Positions 44,370 to 56,607 of a stretch of 64,000 nucleotides of DNA are shown piece by piece. How positions within the stretch are numbered: the first letter of the stretch is position 1; each line of letters starts with the position of its first letter. Source of the stretch: Octopus vulgaris (Eukaryota); the NCBI GenBank assembly GCA_951406725.2, contig OX597824.1:75020001-75084000 (forward strand). The letters run 5' to 3'. Both the position numbers and the translations under genes were made by a program. A model generated the notes under the pieces. The model did no database searches. It saw nothing but the letters and a program-made list of their open reading frames with translations, and was not told where the DNA came from.

Positions 44370-46200
44370 ATACATTTGGCTTTTGCTTTGTATTTGTGCA
44401 AGTTGACTCTAAGTCTTACCTAGAACCCTCAAGAGGTAACAAGTTAGAAGTTCAAGTTGGTATTATGATTAGGGTGTCATATTTTTGGTTTTACACAGAG
44501 TATTGTTAGTTTAAAAGTAATTTGGTGATAAGAAGATAGAGAGATCTTAAAATGACAGTAGTTGTTTGCTATTATGTAAATTTAAAAGTACTCTTGACAA
44601 TGTTTACAATTAAAATGATTTGGGAATTACATACACAGTATTTTTCGTAGTATATGAGCAGTTCCTATGAGCACAATTTTTTGAATTTCTTCTATTTATG
44701 GATTTCCTGGTATCTGAGACAGGTAGGAATTAATTCTTTTTGCTATCATTCCTAGGGCACCTATGATAACAGGCGTTGTTTTGTCTAGAGGTTCCACCTT
44801 TTGCCAATTTCTATTTCAAGGTCTTTATATTTGCTCCGTTTTTGGTAGGTCTTGACAGATACATTTATATCGATTGGGATAGTCATATCGATGAGGAAGC
44901 CTGATTTTTGTCTGAAGTCTCTCAATATAATAACTGGCCTATTCGCATGGTGACAACATGATCGATGGTTTCATTTTGTTGTTTACATACACGAAATGTT
45001 GGGCTACTGCCGTTCTTTAATTTGTTGGCCTGGTAGCTCCTTGTAGGTAGGCATTGATTTTGGGCATCTATCTTTCTGTCAGTTTAAACATTAAAGTTCC
45101 AAAGGGGTGAGATGTCATCATTTTCAAGTACTGGAGGTGGTTTGTGTTCCTACCAGTTTTTATCATGGGGCAGATCAAAGGGCTTTGCAAATTACTCAGT
45201 AAATATACTCTGCCGTTCTATCTATTGAGATACTCTGTAGGCGCAAGAAGGCTGCACATGGAGACAACATGATCGATAGTTTCAGTCTGTTGTTTACATA
45301 CACGACATGCTGGGTTACTGCCGTTCTTTAATATGTTAGGTAGATACCCAAAATCAATGCCTACCTACAAGGTGTTACCAGGCCAACATATTAAAGAACG
45401 GCAGTAGCCCAACATTTTGCGTACATAAATAACGAAATGAAACCATCGATTATGTTGTCACCATACAAATAGTTCAGTTATTATAAGACTTCAGAGAAAA
45501 AATCAGGCTTCCTCATCGATATGACTACTTTGTATGTAGGCATTGATCTTGGGCTGTTATGATAAACCTTTCTCACTCTGAAGACGCTAACCATTGATGG
45601 GTAAGGGCTTTATCAACATCAGCATTATTAACTCTCTTTCGATATTTGCCAAATGACAGGTTTTTCTTGCCATTTATCAGCAAGAATTTTCAAGGCAATA
45701 ATTTTCATACGTTTAGCTTTTTCAGACATTTAGCTTTTTCTGTGCTTGTTTCCAATGCATCTAATTGTAGGATTTGCTGCATTTGGAATTCATTTCGATA
45801 TTTCTTTACCTGTTTTGCAATTGAATATGAGGTTTTCTTTTTTTCATGCTTTAAGACAAATTTTAACATCCAATCATCAGAGTTTTTCAGGTAAGTGTTT
45901 AGGCCAATTGTGGTAATCATCATCGTCATTTCAAGTTTTAAAAGTCCACGGCCACCCTCAATTTTCTTGGCAGGCAAAGTCGTTCTATATCTGCCTTAGG
46001 GTGGTGCATTGTATTCAGTGCCAACAATTTTCTAATTTTTCTATCAAGCTTACAGATTTCAGTATTTGACCAGTTAATAATATTGAAACTGTAAATCACG
46101 TTTTTTGCGTTTAGCTCTGTCTTGAATATTGCTCTTACCCTGCGGTTACATTCTTTTCTGATTTTTTCCCCTCCATCAGTGAGTGTTTGATTCCCTCACC
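44370..46200 (-). mobile_element. Rearranged R4/Dong LINE (subfamily 5), 3' half
   Basis: EGGRGLLKLEMTM..EFQMQQILQLDALETS; 3' UTR matches 37025-37135; internal inversion and duplication. Confidence 0.85.
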
Positions 46201-46209
46201 TTCGTTTAC

Positions 46210-46391
46210 TTTATAGTAGTTTACCTTTCGACTTATTTTAGAACATGGTTGAGTCCATAAAATAGGATTTGACTACACCTCCATTTAGACCACAGTTTAA
46301 GCTATCTTTTCGTGGAAGAAGGTTTATGTTCCTATAACCTGTGTTAATTCTGTAACCCTTTAAAATGGAAGATAAGAAAGTTTCACTCAGT
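46210..46391 (+). mobile_element. Partial 5' end of the mariner derivative at 46740, opposite orientation
   Basis: Reverse complement of ~47105-47278. Confidence 0.8.
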
Positions 46392-46639
46392 TGTTAGTCC
46401 ACGTTAGTTCGTCAGGACCATAGAGCAAGAGTCCCGGTTTCTCTGGTAAATATATTCCTTCCTACACTGGACGCCGGTCCGTTTGCAGGATTAATCATTT
46501 TCACGAGCCGAATTGACTGGAGGGACATAAAATAAAGTGTTTTGCTCAAGAACACAACGCATTACCTGGTCCATGGATCGAAACCACAATCTTCTGATTG
46601 TGAGTCTAACACTCTGACCACTAAGCCGGGCGCCACTAT
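46392..46639 (-). mobile_element. tRNA-derived SINE with 13-bp TSD
   Basis: agtttcactcagt occurs at 46379-46391 and 46640-46652; same family as 62243-62500. Confidence 0.85.
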
Positions 46640-46739
46640 AGTTTCACTCAGTGGTTGATAGGAAATATCAAATTTATTGAGAAATCTCTCTGTCTCTCTC
46701 TTTCTCACTTTCTCCTTCTCTCTCTCTCTCTCTTAAATA

Positions 46740-47305
46740 TTGGGTTGTCCGGAAAGTTCGTGCCGATTTTTAAAGGAAAGAAAAAGGTCAATAAATACTT
46801 GCCATTACATTTTTAATCAACCAAATATGAACCATTTGGTTGCACTATGCGTCTCCATTTTTCCTTTAACTTGAAAATACCCGCTTCCCAGAACTGAGGT
46901 GGTTTCATGGCAAAGAATTCATCAAGGTATCTTTTTACGTCATCCAAGGAATTGAAATTTTAACCATTAAGACTATTCTGTAGAGACCTGAATAAGTGGA
47001 AGTCCGAACGAGCAATATCTGGTGAATATGGAGGGTAGGGTAACACATCCCAGCCGAGCTGAAGCAATTTTTGTCTGGTTCCCAAAGCAGCAAGTGCCAA
47101 AAATGAATTTTTTTATCTTCCATTTTAAAGGGTTACAGAATTAACACAGGTTATAGGAACATAAACCTTCTTCCACGAAAAGATAGCTTAAACTGTTGTT
47201 TAAATGGAGGTGTAGTCAAATCCTATTTTATGGACTCGACCATGTTCTAAAATAAGTCGAAAGGTAAGCTACTATAAATCGGCACGAACTTTCCGGACAA
47301 CTCAA
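46740..47305 (-). mobile_element. Non-autonomous mariner internal-deletion derivative (566 bp)
   Basis: TIRs ttgggttgtccggaaagttcgtgccgattt / aaatcggcacgaactttccggacaactcaa with TA TSD; retains MEDKKIHF and PPYSPDIARSDFHLFRSL. Confidence 0.92.
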
Positions 47306-49351
47306 TACATTTTTGAAAGGACGTAGCTTCGTCAAAAGAATCAGATGTAAAATCTACCTCGGCGTAAACGATCACAGCAAAACCAAATAATTTATCACAA
47401 ACTATCTCAACAACCGATGCGTCTATCAATAAACACAGTAATAAATCAACTTGGTGGTGGCAGTGGTGATGGTGGGGAAATTGCAAATTTGGCCAGTTTT
47501 CATTTAATCTTTTCGTATCCCAATTAATAGGTTGATTCTCTTTTTTTTTTCTTTCTCATGACACAGAATATCGGTCAACGGTTAAGTGTTTTGCGCACAA
47601 TGAGGAAAAAGTGGGGAAGAAAAAAATTAACAAGAGCAATTTTCTAAATTTACGTAAATAAATTGCGTGTTGGAAAATCTTAAGTAGCTTTGAATTTTTC
47701 GTTCAATGGCCGAATTCCAAGTATTTGTCCACTGTAAGTCTGTGGAATATTAGTTCTAAGTACCAGAAACATTTGTTAAGGTTGTTCACTAAATTGTATT
47801 CTGCTTTTTTTCCCAATAAGTCAAATGAAGCCATTTTTCACGTTCCTTCTCAGTAGAACTTATGATTCGTACAATATTGGTTTCAATTTTTGGCACAAGG
47901 CCAGCAGTTTTGGATAGGAGTTTAGTCAATTACATTGATTTCAGAGCTCAGATGGTACTTATTTTATCGACCCTAGTGCTCAACTGGTACTTACTTTATC
48001 GACCCCAGTGCTCAACTGGTACTTATTTTATCGATCTCTAAAGAATGAAAAACCAATGTATTATGTGCCCCGAAGACCAATATATAATGTACACAAACTT
48101 GTAGCGTCCAGCGGGTGCGATGATAACAATTTTCGGTATATATTTTGGCTAAATACAATTCTAAATTTTAAGTTCTGACTGGATCTAGTTTGCGAAAAAA
48201 AGAGTGAACACGTGCACACAACTTAGTATCGGTTGGCAGATAGCACGCATCAGCAAATAATTTGTTTACTGAATTTACAAGCGACAATTCTTTTTAGATT
48301 CGTCAATCCGAAGTAGCTTTGACTGAGGAGACACAACGATGTCAAAACACCGGTTGTCTCGAAGTTCTCTTATGCTAATGGACTGAGTGTTACGGACACG
48401 CATTTGTCTGAAAGTAGCTATTCTTCAATGACGAAATATAACAGCGATTAGCATATACCCGTTCGAATCTACCGAACGTATTATGACTGAATATGTACGT
48501 CCTCATAAAGTCTCTTAGATTTTACTTCTATTCAGGTCCGATATTTGTTAAGAATTGTGTTGGCTGCAATGCTGGCTGCAACAAATCTAATGAGCGAATG
48601 TTTCTTGAGACATCATATGTAAAGATGACAATTTAGTTGCTGCTAGACTTGAGGTAGAATGCGGAGTTCAAGGTTCAATTCTTGCTTAGCTGTTTTTAAC
48701 GATCCGGAACATGATTTCAAGGTCTTGCTGATATAGATAGTCGTTAGTTTCTGATATAGAAGGTTACATTGTGCGCTATTCTCGATTCATCATAAACAGG
48801 TTAAACATCGATATTTTTATGGAAGAGCTTTACATCTGGGTTGTGAGAACTACTGGAATAGTTTGTTGACTGAGGATGTAGATGTAGTGAAGGGTGGTCC
48901 GCAAATCAAAAAACAATGTTATTTTAAGCCGATGTGTAAAATTAGCTTGTTGATGTGATCAGCGCCTGTTACACATTCATATGTGTGTGTTTGCGTATGC
49001 CGAACTATTCCCCACTCTTGGCACTATTTTGTAGTGAATAGTATAAACTGTGTGTAAAGTGTATAGTGTATCACTACGCTAATGTCGTCGTCCGTCTATC
49101 AAGTAATGAAAATAAAGACGTAAACATAACAATGGTTTTCAACTGGTTGTCTTTCCCATTAGAACCCAAAATACACATAACAGCGCCTATATTAGGAAAG
49201 GGTCAATCAGCAACAGTGAATATCCTTCCCATCCGCACCTAAAAATTCATTGATTTCTCACCAAAAGTAGTGACAGAAGAATAATTAATACTCAGAAGCA
49301 ATAAGGGCTGTGGTCTCTTCTTTACAGAAAATAATGTGGCAGAAATAATAT

Positions 49352-50317
49352 GGCGGCGAGCTGGCAGAAACGTTAGCACGCCGGGCGAAATGCCTAGCGG
49401 TATTTCGTCTGCCGTTACGTTCTGAGTTCAAATTCCGCCGAGGTCGACTTTGCCTTTCATCCTATAGAGGTCGATAAATTAAGTACCAGTTACGCACTGG
49501 GGTCGATGTAATCGACTTAATACCTATGTCTGTCCTTGTTTGTCCCCTCTATGTTTAGCCCCTTGTGGGTAGTAAAGAAATAGATATTTCGTCTGTCTTT
49601 ACGTTCTGAGTTCAAATTCCGCCGAGGTCGACTTTGCCTTTCATCTTTTCGGGGTCGATAAATTAAGTACCAGTTACTCAATGGGGTCGATATAATCAAC
49701 TTAATCCGATTGTCTGTCCATGTTTGTCCTCTCTGCGTTTAGCCCCTTGTGGGTAGTAAAGAAATAGGTATTTCGTCTGCCGCTACGTTCTGAGTTCAAA
49801 TTCCGCCGAGGTCGACTTTGCCTTTCATCCTTTCGGGGTCGATAAATTAAATACCAGTTACGCACTGGATGAAAGGATGAAAGGCAAAGTCGACCTCGGC
49901 GGAATTTGAACTCAGAACCTAGCGGCAGACGAAATACCTATTTCTTTACTACCCACAAGGGGCTAAACACAGAGAGCACAAACAATGACAGACAAACGGA
50001 TTAAGTCGATTATATCAACCCCAGTGCGTAACTGGTACTTATTTAATCGACCCCGAAAGGATAAAAGGCAAAGTCGACCTCGGCGGAATTTGAACTCAGA
50101 ACCTAGCGGCAGACAAAATACCTATTTCTTTACTACCCACAAGGGGCTAAACACAGAGAGGACAAACAAGGATAGACAAACGGATTAAGTCGATTATATC
50201 GATCCCAGTGCGTAACTGGTACTTATTCAATCGACCCCGAAAGGATGAAAGGCAAAGTCGACCTCGGCGGAATTTGAACTCAGAACCTAGCGGCAGACGA
50301 AATGCCAGCTCGCCGCC
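49352..50317. mobile_element. Tail-to-tail pair of internally multimerised Nin/Deu-like SINEs forming a ~1-kb palindrome
   Basis: About three ~184-bp units on + (49352-49868), then about three on - (49869-50317); ggcggcgagctggca heads at both outer ends. Confidence 0.9.
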
Positions 50318-50816
50318 TAAAGTTCCTGACTTTAAGGGCATTTCGCAATACCCTTAAAGTCAGGAACTTTTCTGCATCCCATCGTACGTATGTGTGTTTC
50401 GGAACGTATTATATATAGATAAGCGCGCGTATATGTGAAGTTGCTTAGGAACAAAATAGCGCTTTTCTTATTATATGTGAATAAATTATGAGCTTACGTA
50501 TATAAGTACGTTTGATAAAATGCATTTTTAAAGATCTGGTTAAACCATAGAGCTCACTATTTAGGATAATCCCTAGAACAGCTCGACTAGATTCAACTGA
50601 TTATTGCTGCTACTCGCTTTCGTCTTTCAGAGAGAAACGGCAACTTAGAAATAGGCTAAATGCTGTGAGTAACGGGCGCTGATTTTACTAGAATGCATAT
50701 CAATCCATTTGGTTAGAAACTCATAAAATTAAAAAAATTAATATACTGAGACAGTGTAAGAGAGTATGCGTGTATGCATGTGCGCGCTTGTGTGTTCAAA
50801 TTATGAACTTTCAATT

Positions 50817-50865
<49 letters not shown>

Positions 50866-51369
50866 ATTATTTTGGTCAATTAATAAGACACACTGACACT
50901 GGATGTAGGGATGTGAAAATGACTAAAACTAGAGCCCGTTTAAAAAAAAAACGGTATTGAGCAGAGAGCCCCTTGAAGAAATTTCGCTTGGTGGAACATG
51001 ACTGGTTTCGGGCCCAACTGGAAGGGAGAGAATGTAAGAGGGCCGAAAGATTTTCCTTCTTTCCAGAAGGACTCGTCAGATATTTACGATCGGTGTACTG
51101 TCTGGATTCAATTCGCCTTTACAGATCCTGATAGTTAGTAAGTTGCTTCCTCCCTATCTCTGTCCGCCTGCTTATCTATCCATCTGTGTGTCTGTCTGTC
51201 TGTCTATCTGTCTGTCTGCCTCTCTCTCTTGCTGAAAGAGGAACGAGTGGAGCTGCTCTCGGATTCATTCTGAATAGAGATCCATGTGACTTCATCACGG
51301 GTCTATTAACAGGGCAAAGATGAATGTACGTTTATCGAAAGTAGGTTTTCGAACTTATTCACAGTTTGT

Positions 51370-51789
51370 TATTTCTTTATTGCCCATAAGGGGTTAAACA
51401 AGAGGGGACAAACAAGGACAGACAAAGAGATTAAGTCGGTTACATCGACCCCAGTGTTTCACTGGTACTTTATTTATAGACTCCGAAACGATGAAAGACA
51501 AAGTCGACCTCGGCGGAATTTGAACTCAGAACGTAACAGCAGACGAAATACCTATTTCTTTATTACCCCACAAGGGGGCTAAATACAGAGGGGACAAACT
51601 AGGACAGACATAGGTATTAAGTCGATTACATCGACCCCAGTGCGTAACTGGTACTTAATTTATCGACCCCGAAAGGATGAAAGGCAAAGTCGACCTCGGC
51701 GGAATTTGAACTCAGAACGTAACAGCAGACGAAATACCGCTAAGCATTTCACCCGGCGTGCTAACGTTCCTGCCAGCTCGCCACCTTAA
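51370..51789 (-). mobile_element. Dimeric Nin/Deu-like SINE with 18-bp TSD
   Basis: aacttattcacagtttgt occurs at 51352-51369 and 51790-51807. Confidence 0.9.
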
Positions 51790-51894
51790 AACTTATTCAC
51801 AGTTTGTCCATACATACACACACAAACATGCACATATATAATGTATATATAGAATCAGACATCCCATCATCCCACATACATACACACACATATT

Positions 51895-52298
51895 CTTTTA
51901 TTCTCTTACTTGTTTCAGTCATTTGACTGCGGCCATGCAGGAGCACCGCCTTTAGTCGAACAAATCGACTCCGGGACTTATTCATTGTAAGCCTACTACT
52001 GATCTGATTTTACCGATCTCTTTTACCGAACTGCTAAGTTACGGGGGCGTAAACACGCCAACATCGGTTGTCAAGTAATGGTAGGGGAGAAACACAGGCA
52101 CACAAATACACACATACATACACATATACACACATATGTATACGACGGGCTTCTTTTAGCTTCAGTCTACCAAATCCACTCACAAGGCTTTGGTCGGCCC
52201 GTGGCTATAGTAGAAGACACTTGTCCAAGGTGCCACGAAGTGGGACTGAACCCGGAATCATCTGGTTGGGAAGCAAGCTTCTTACCACACAACCACTC
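51895..52298 (-). mobile_element. Full-length CORE/OR2-like tRNA SINE
   Basis: Minus-strand head gagtggttgtgtggtaagaagcttgc...gggttcagtccc; body shared with other copies. Confidence 0.85.
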
Positions 52299-52818
52299 CT
52301 GTGCCTACATAGGATATATGCGTGCGCGCGTGTATACCTTATTGAAAGGACAGGTTTATCAAAAGAGCCAGATGTAAAAATCTACCACTTCGACGAAAAT
52401 AAATCTCTCCAAAGTTAAACAAATAGAAAAGAAACCCGAAACAAAAACTAGCAGTTACTATAGATTGATAACGGCTGAAGATGCTCACCACCCAATATGC
52501 TACTTTTAGCAATCGAAGAGGGCCTGTTCAATAAAGGATTCAAATTTAGAAAAATTACAGACCCTTTCTAAAGAGAACTAAAGTGCGAAATCTATGTGGC
52601 CAAGTTCAACATGAATATATTCGTACCGTTGGGCAAAACTAAAACTCCAAAGACGGCATCAAACTGTCAGTACTCTTCTCCACTCCTTATAAAATACTAG
52701 TTAATCAATCAGCCATTTAGAAGGCAACTATTAAACCAAAGAGCTAGTCCATACTACCACTGCCCGTTCTACGACTATCCATACTGATTCCTCAAGATTC
52801 ATACAAGTATATTTATTC

Positions 52819-52923
<105 letters not shown>

Positions 52924-52968
52924 TAATATAGATATTATAGATATAATAACAATAATAATTATAATAAA

Positions 52969-52998
<30 letters not shown>

Positions 52999-53002
<4 letters not shown>

Positions 53003-53153
53003 TTGCACTACTAGGCACTGCACACATCCTACGCAGAACACTTTCCATACAATAACCATCAGAGCATCACAACAAATCACAGCACATACCCAAGGCACAC
53101 AGAGCTGCGCTCAGTAGTGAAGTGAAAGCACGCTATAAAAATAAAACTACTGA
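52999..53153 (+). mobile_element. ~155-bp 3' tip of Dong subfamily 1
   Basis: Matches 31250-31404; (TAA)n on both sides. Confidence 0.9.
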
Positions 53154-53390
53154 ATAATAATAATAATAGGGAATATGATTCCAAACTTACAAGGAAAAAT
53201 TCAATTTAATAATACTAAATCAAATTTCACAATATATAATACATATATATATAAATTAGAGAAGAACCACCATGTAGCAATTCAACAATGATAAACTTAA
53301 ATCATACCATATATCGTATCTTTAATTTTTTTCTATATGGTATGATTTAAGTATATTATTGTTGAATTGCTACATGGTGGTTCTTCCCTA

Positions 53391-53422
<32 letters not shown>

Positions 53423-53425
<3 letters not shown>

Positions 53426-53630
53426 ATCCAAACATGAAAACACCAAGAGAAAACACAACAACGCGAGGACGTGGAACAAATATAGTATTATTGGACGCTC
53501 AGGAAGGAAGGGAAGAAGGAGGGCTTTACGTTTCGAGCGGAGCTCTTCGTCAGAAACATAGGAAAAGGAAAGATCCAGAGAAGGAAAGACGGAGGGAAAA
53601 AAAATCGCCAACGGTACACACGCGGTCACG
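53423..53630 (-). mobile_element. Short element with a minimal type I hammerhead-like motif (Penelope pseudo-LTR-like)
   Basis: Minus strand gttt-CTGACGA-a-GAGC-tcc-GCTC-GAAA-cg-TA-aagc at 53523-53557; related copies near 14925 and 24851. Confidence 0.6.
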
Positions 53631-53733
53631 ACACTTAGTAATGCTCATCAAAAGAGTCAAACTTAGACTATCTCCCTCACCTAAGTTTTAGGCCTTGTAC
53701 CTATAGTAGAAAGGCTTATTATATGGAAAACTA

Positions 53734-53950
53734 AGGCGACGAGCTGGCAGAATCGTCAGCACGCTGGATGAAATGCTTAGCGGTATTTCGTCCGTGGTTA
53801 CGTTCTGAGTTCAAATTCCGCCTAGGTCGAGTTTGCCTTCCATCCTTTCTGTGTCGATAAATTAAGTACCAGTGAAACACTGGGGTAGATCTAATCGACA
53901 AGTACACTCCCACCAATCTTCAGGCCTTGTGCCTTCAGTAGAAAGGATTG
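53734..53950 (+). mobile_element. Nin/Deu-like SINE with ~14-bp TSD
   Basis: ttatatggaaaact flanks both sides. Confidence 0.85.
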
Positions 53951-54204
53951 TTATATGGAAAACTTGAATTGCGGTCAACAAAAAGAATAAGCCAATGGGT
54001 TTGAGTTATGAGCAAAAGAAAGAATGATTGAGTGTGGATTCTTTGGAAATTTGCAGAAGAGAAATATTAATAAAAATTTTAGGCACATTTTCATTCTGGG
54101 TATTATTGCTTTCTTACCGTAATCCGGCACTGATAACGCAGATGTCGTATGCACTCAATGGTAGTAAGTAATTTCATTGGCCGAAGTACGTGATTTGACT
54201 TAAT

Positions 54205-54706
54205 TCGATTTTCTGACAACTGAACAGCCTGCTCGTGAAATTAAAGTGCAAGTGGCTGAGCACTCAGGCGATTAGTCTCCAGCTGCAGTCACTCGATTTT
54301 CTGACAACTGAACAGTCTGCTCGTAAAATTAAAGTGCAATTGGCTGAGCACTCAGGCGATTAGTCTCCAGCTGCAGTCACTCGATTTTCTGACAACTGAA
54401 CAGCCTGCTCGTAAAATTAAAGTGCAATTGGCTGAGCACTCAGGCGATTAGTCTCCAGCTGCAGTCACTCGATTTTCTGACAACTGAACAGCCTGCTCGT
54501 AAAATTAAAGTGCAATTGGCTGAGCACTCAGGCGATTAGTCTCCAGCTGCAGTCACTCGATTTTCTGACAACTGAACAGCCTGCTCGTAAAATTAAAGTG
54601 CAATTGGCTGAGCACTCAGGCGATTAGTCTCCAGCTGCAGTCACTCGATTTTCTGACAACTGAACAGCCTGCTCGTAAAATTAAAGTGCAAATGGCTGAG
54701 CACTCA
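54205..54706. repeat. Minisatellite, 88-bp unit, ~5.7 copies, derived from a SINE body
   Basis: Units start at 54205, 54293, 54381, 54469, 54557 and 54645; the last unit continues into sequence matching 13580-13710(-). Confidence 0.95.
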
Positions 54707-55084
54707 AGAGACACGCGTACTCTTAATATTGTTTTCAAGGAGATTCAGCGTGACACAGAATCTGGTAAGGCTGGCCCTTTGAATTCCATATACAACTCAT
54801 TTTGCCAGCTGATGGCGCATGGCCAAGCGGTTAGAGAGTTGCAGTCACGACCGCGAGATTGTGGTTTCAGTTCTTAGGCCCGGTTGTACATTGTGTTCTT
54901 GAGCAAAACACTTTGCTCACGTTGCTCTGCAATCACTTGGACACCTGATGCTTGGCACAAAGTGCACCAGTTTAGGCAACGGTCGGTCGCTTTGATGGAG
55001 AGACTGAGCTAATGTACAGCACATGCATTTGATCACTATAAAGAAATCATTTGTGCAGGTCGTTCAGCAAAAGGCTGAACATTG

Positions 55085-56080
55085 AAACGTCGTCTTCGAC
55101 GCGAGAGTCCGTCGGTCGCCGTTTGTGAGGCACACTTTCCCGCAAGCTCGTCTCCGTGACCGAACTGCAGTCGTGGATCAAAAAGAGACCGAGGAAGGGC
55201 GAATGGCACCGCGAATGTCGCGTTGCTCTCAAGCAACTATGCCATCCCGGGTCGACCTTGAGCGACTTCAACACAACCAAAGCACTCTATAGGGGATTAG
55301 TGGAGGGGAGGTACGTCGACGATCTCGGGGCGAACCTGGGCGTCGACGAGGAATAAGCTCTACGGACACGGCTCGAGAAACACGGGGCCGACCTGCCCGA
55401 GATGCAGTCAGAGCGACGAAACCGTTCTGCACACACTCGTGCAGTGTCCAGCAATTTCCGACCTGTGGGCTTATGTCGAACGACTGCTGTCACGTGTGGG
55501 ACGAGTCGATTTATCAGCCGAGTCTATCGTTAATATTGTCACGCCTCCTTCTTTCAAACGGGAAGGAAGAGCTATTTTCATCATACTTGTGGCTATATCA
55601 AAAGAATGTATCTGGTGGACGCGTCTGAAAGGATTGGAGACAAACACTTTCCTCTCTGGTCAATCTCTCATCAACTTCTTCAAGTATCACTTGAAAAGGA
55701 AAGTGAGAGTAGAGAGGCAAGTTTTGTCTAGCGAATGTTTCAAAAAATGATGGGTGAATGTAGTAAGGATGGCACGTATGAATGACGAAGCCACCTTGAG
55801 CATAAATTTAAAATAGAGAGTTACTTACTTGGAAATAAATGTGCTAAAATGTGACATTATTGACCGAGGTTAACGTGGTCTTTTCTGTTGGCTTTTCTTT
55901 CCACGGATAAACCTTATCTGTTTCCCCCTTTACACTTTACATCATGACATTTCTGCGATACACGTTCCCTTTTGATAGTTTTTTTTTTTTACGACCCTTT
56001 TGATAAAAACCTACCCCACCTTTTTTTCTCCCCAAAAGAAAAGCTCTACTTTGTAATTTGTCCCGTCTGTGTTCAGCCTT
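55085..56080 (+). mobile_element. 3' end of an L1/Tx1-like LINE (CCHC region plus 3' UTR)
   Basis: TKALYRGL; CPRC..DETVLH...QCPAISDLW; KECIWWTR; T-rich UTR. Confidence 0.75.
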
Positions 56081-56555
56081 GTCTTGGTATAAAAGATGGG
56101 CTACAACGAATATTCTGCTCAATACCACAGATTTGCTTGTCAGTTGTTTGACCATAACCAGTTGAGTATGTCCTTTAGTGGCTGATGATATGTGCATTTC
56201 TGATCACGAGCAGAAGTAGTGGGGGAGCATCATGGCCATGTGTTGAGAGGGATTCTTTGGGGTTTGAATAATTCACCTCTGGAAACTTGGGTGTGTCGTT
56301 CAACATCCTTAAACAACACTTATTCAGGAACCTTTTGAGCAGGATGGGTTACTTGACCAGAAGAAAATTCTAACTGGGCCCCACCTGCAAGGTCATGTGC
56401 TGTTTATCTTGATATGAGATCACCATGTCATGCACATATGGTTGTGATGTACGTGCCTGGTGTACCCTTATCCGATGGGTAGTCATGATGGGTATACTGG
56501 GCTTCGCATATTTTACCCCAGTGTCACCTTGATGGCATGCACTGCTCTCTTACTC
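56080..56555 (+). mobile_element. 3' UTR copy of Dong subfamily 7
   Basis: Matches 38920-39229 and 43650-43975(-); ends in (AAT)n. Confidence 0.75.

Positions 56556-56606
<51 letters not shown>

Positions 56607-56607
<1 letters not shown>

Noticed and set aside
48800-48910. Possible ancient RTE-like fragment (ENYWNSLLTEDVDVVKG)
   Set aside because: Too short and degenerate to call without an HMM search.
54205-54706. CRISPR-like regular array
   Set aside because: The would-be spacers are identical, the unit derives from a SINE, there are no cas genes, and the context is eukaryotic.
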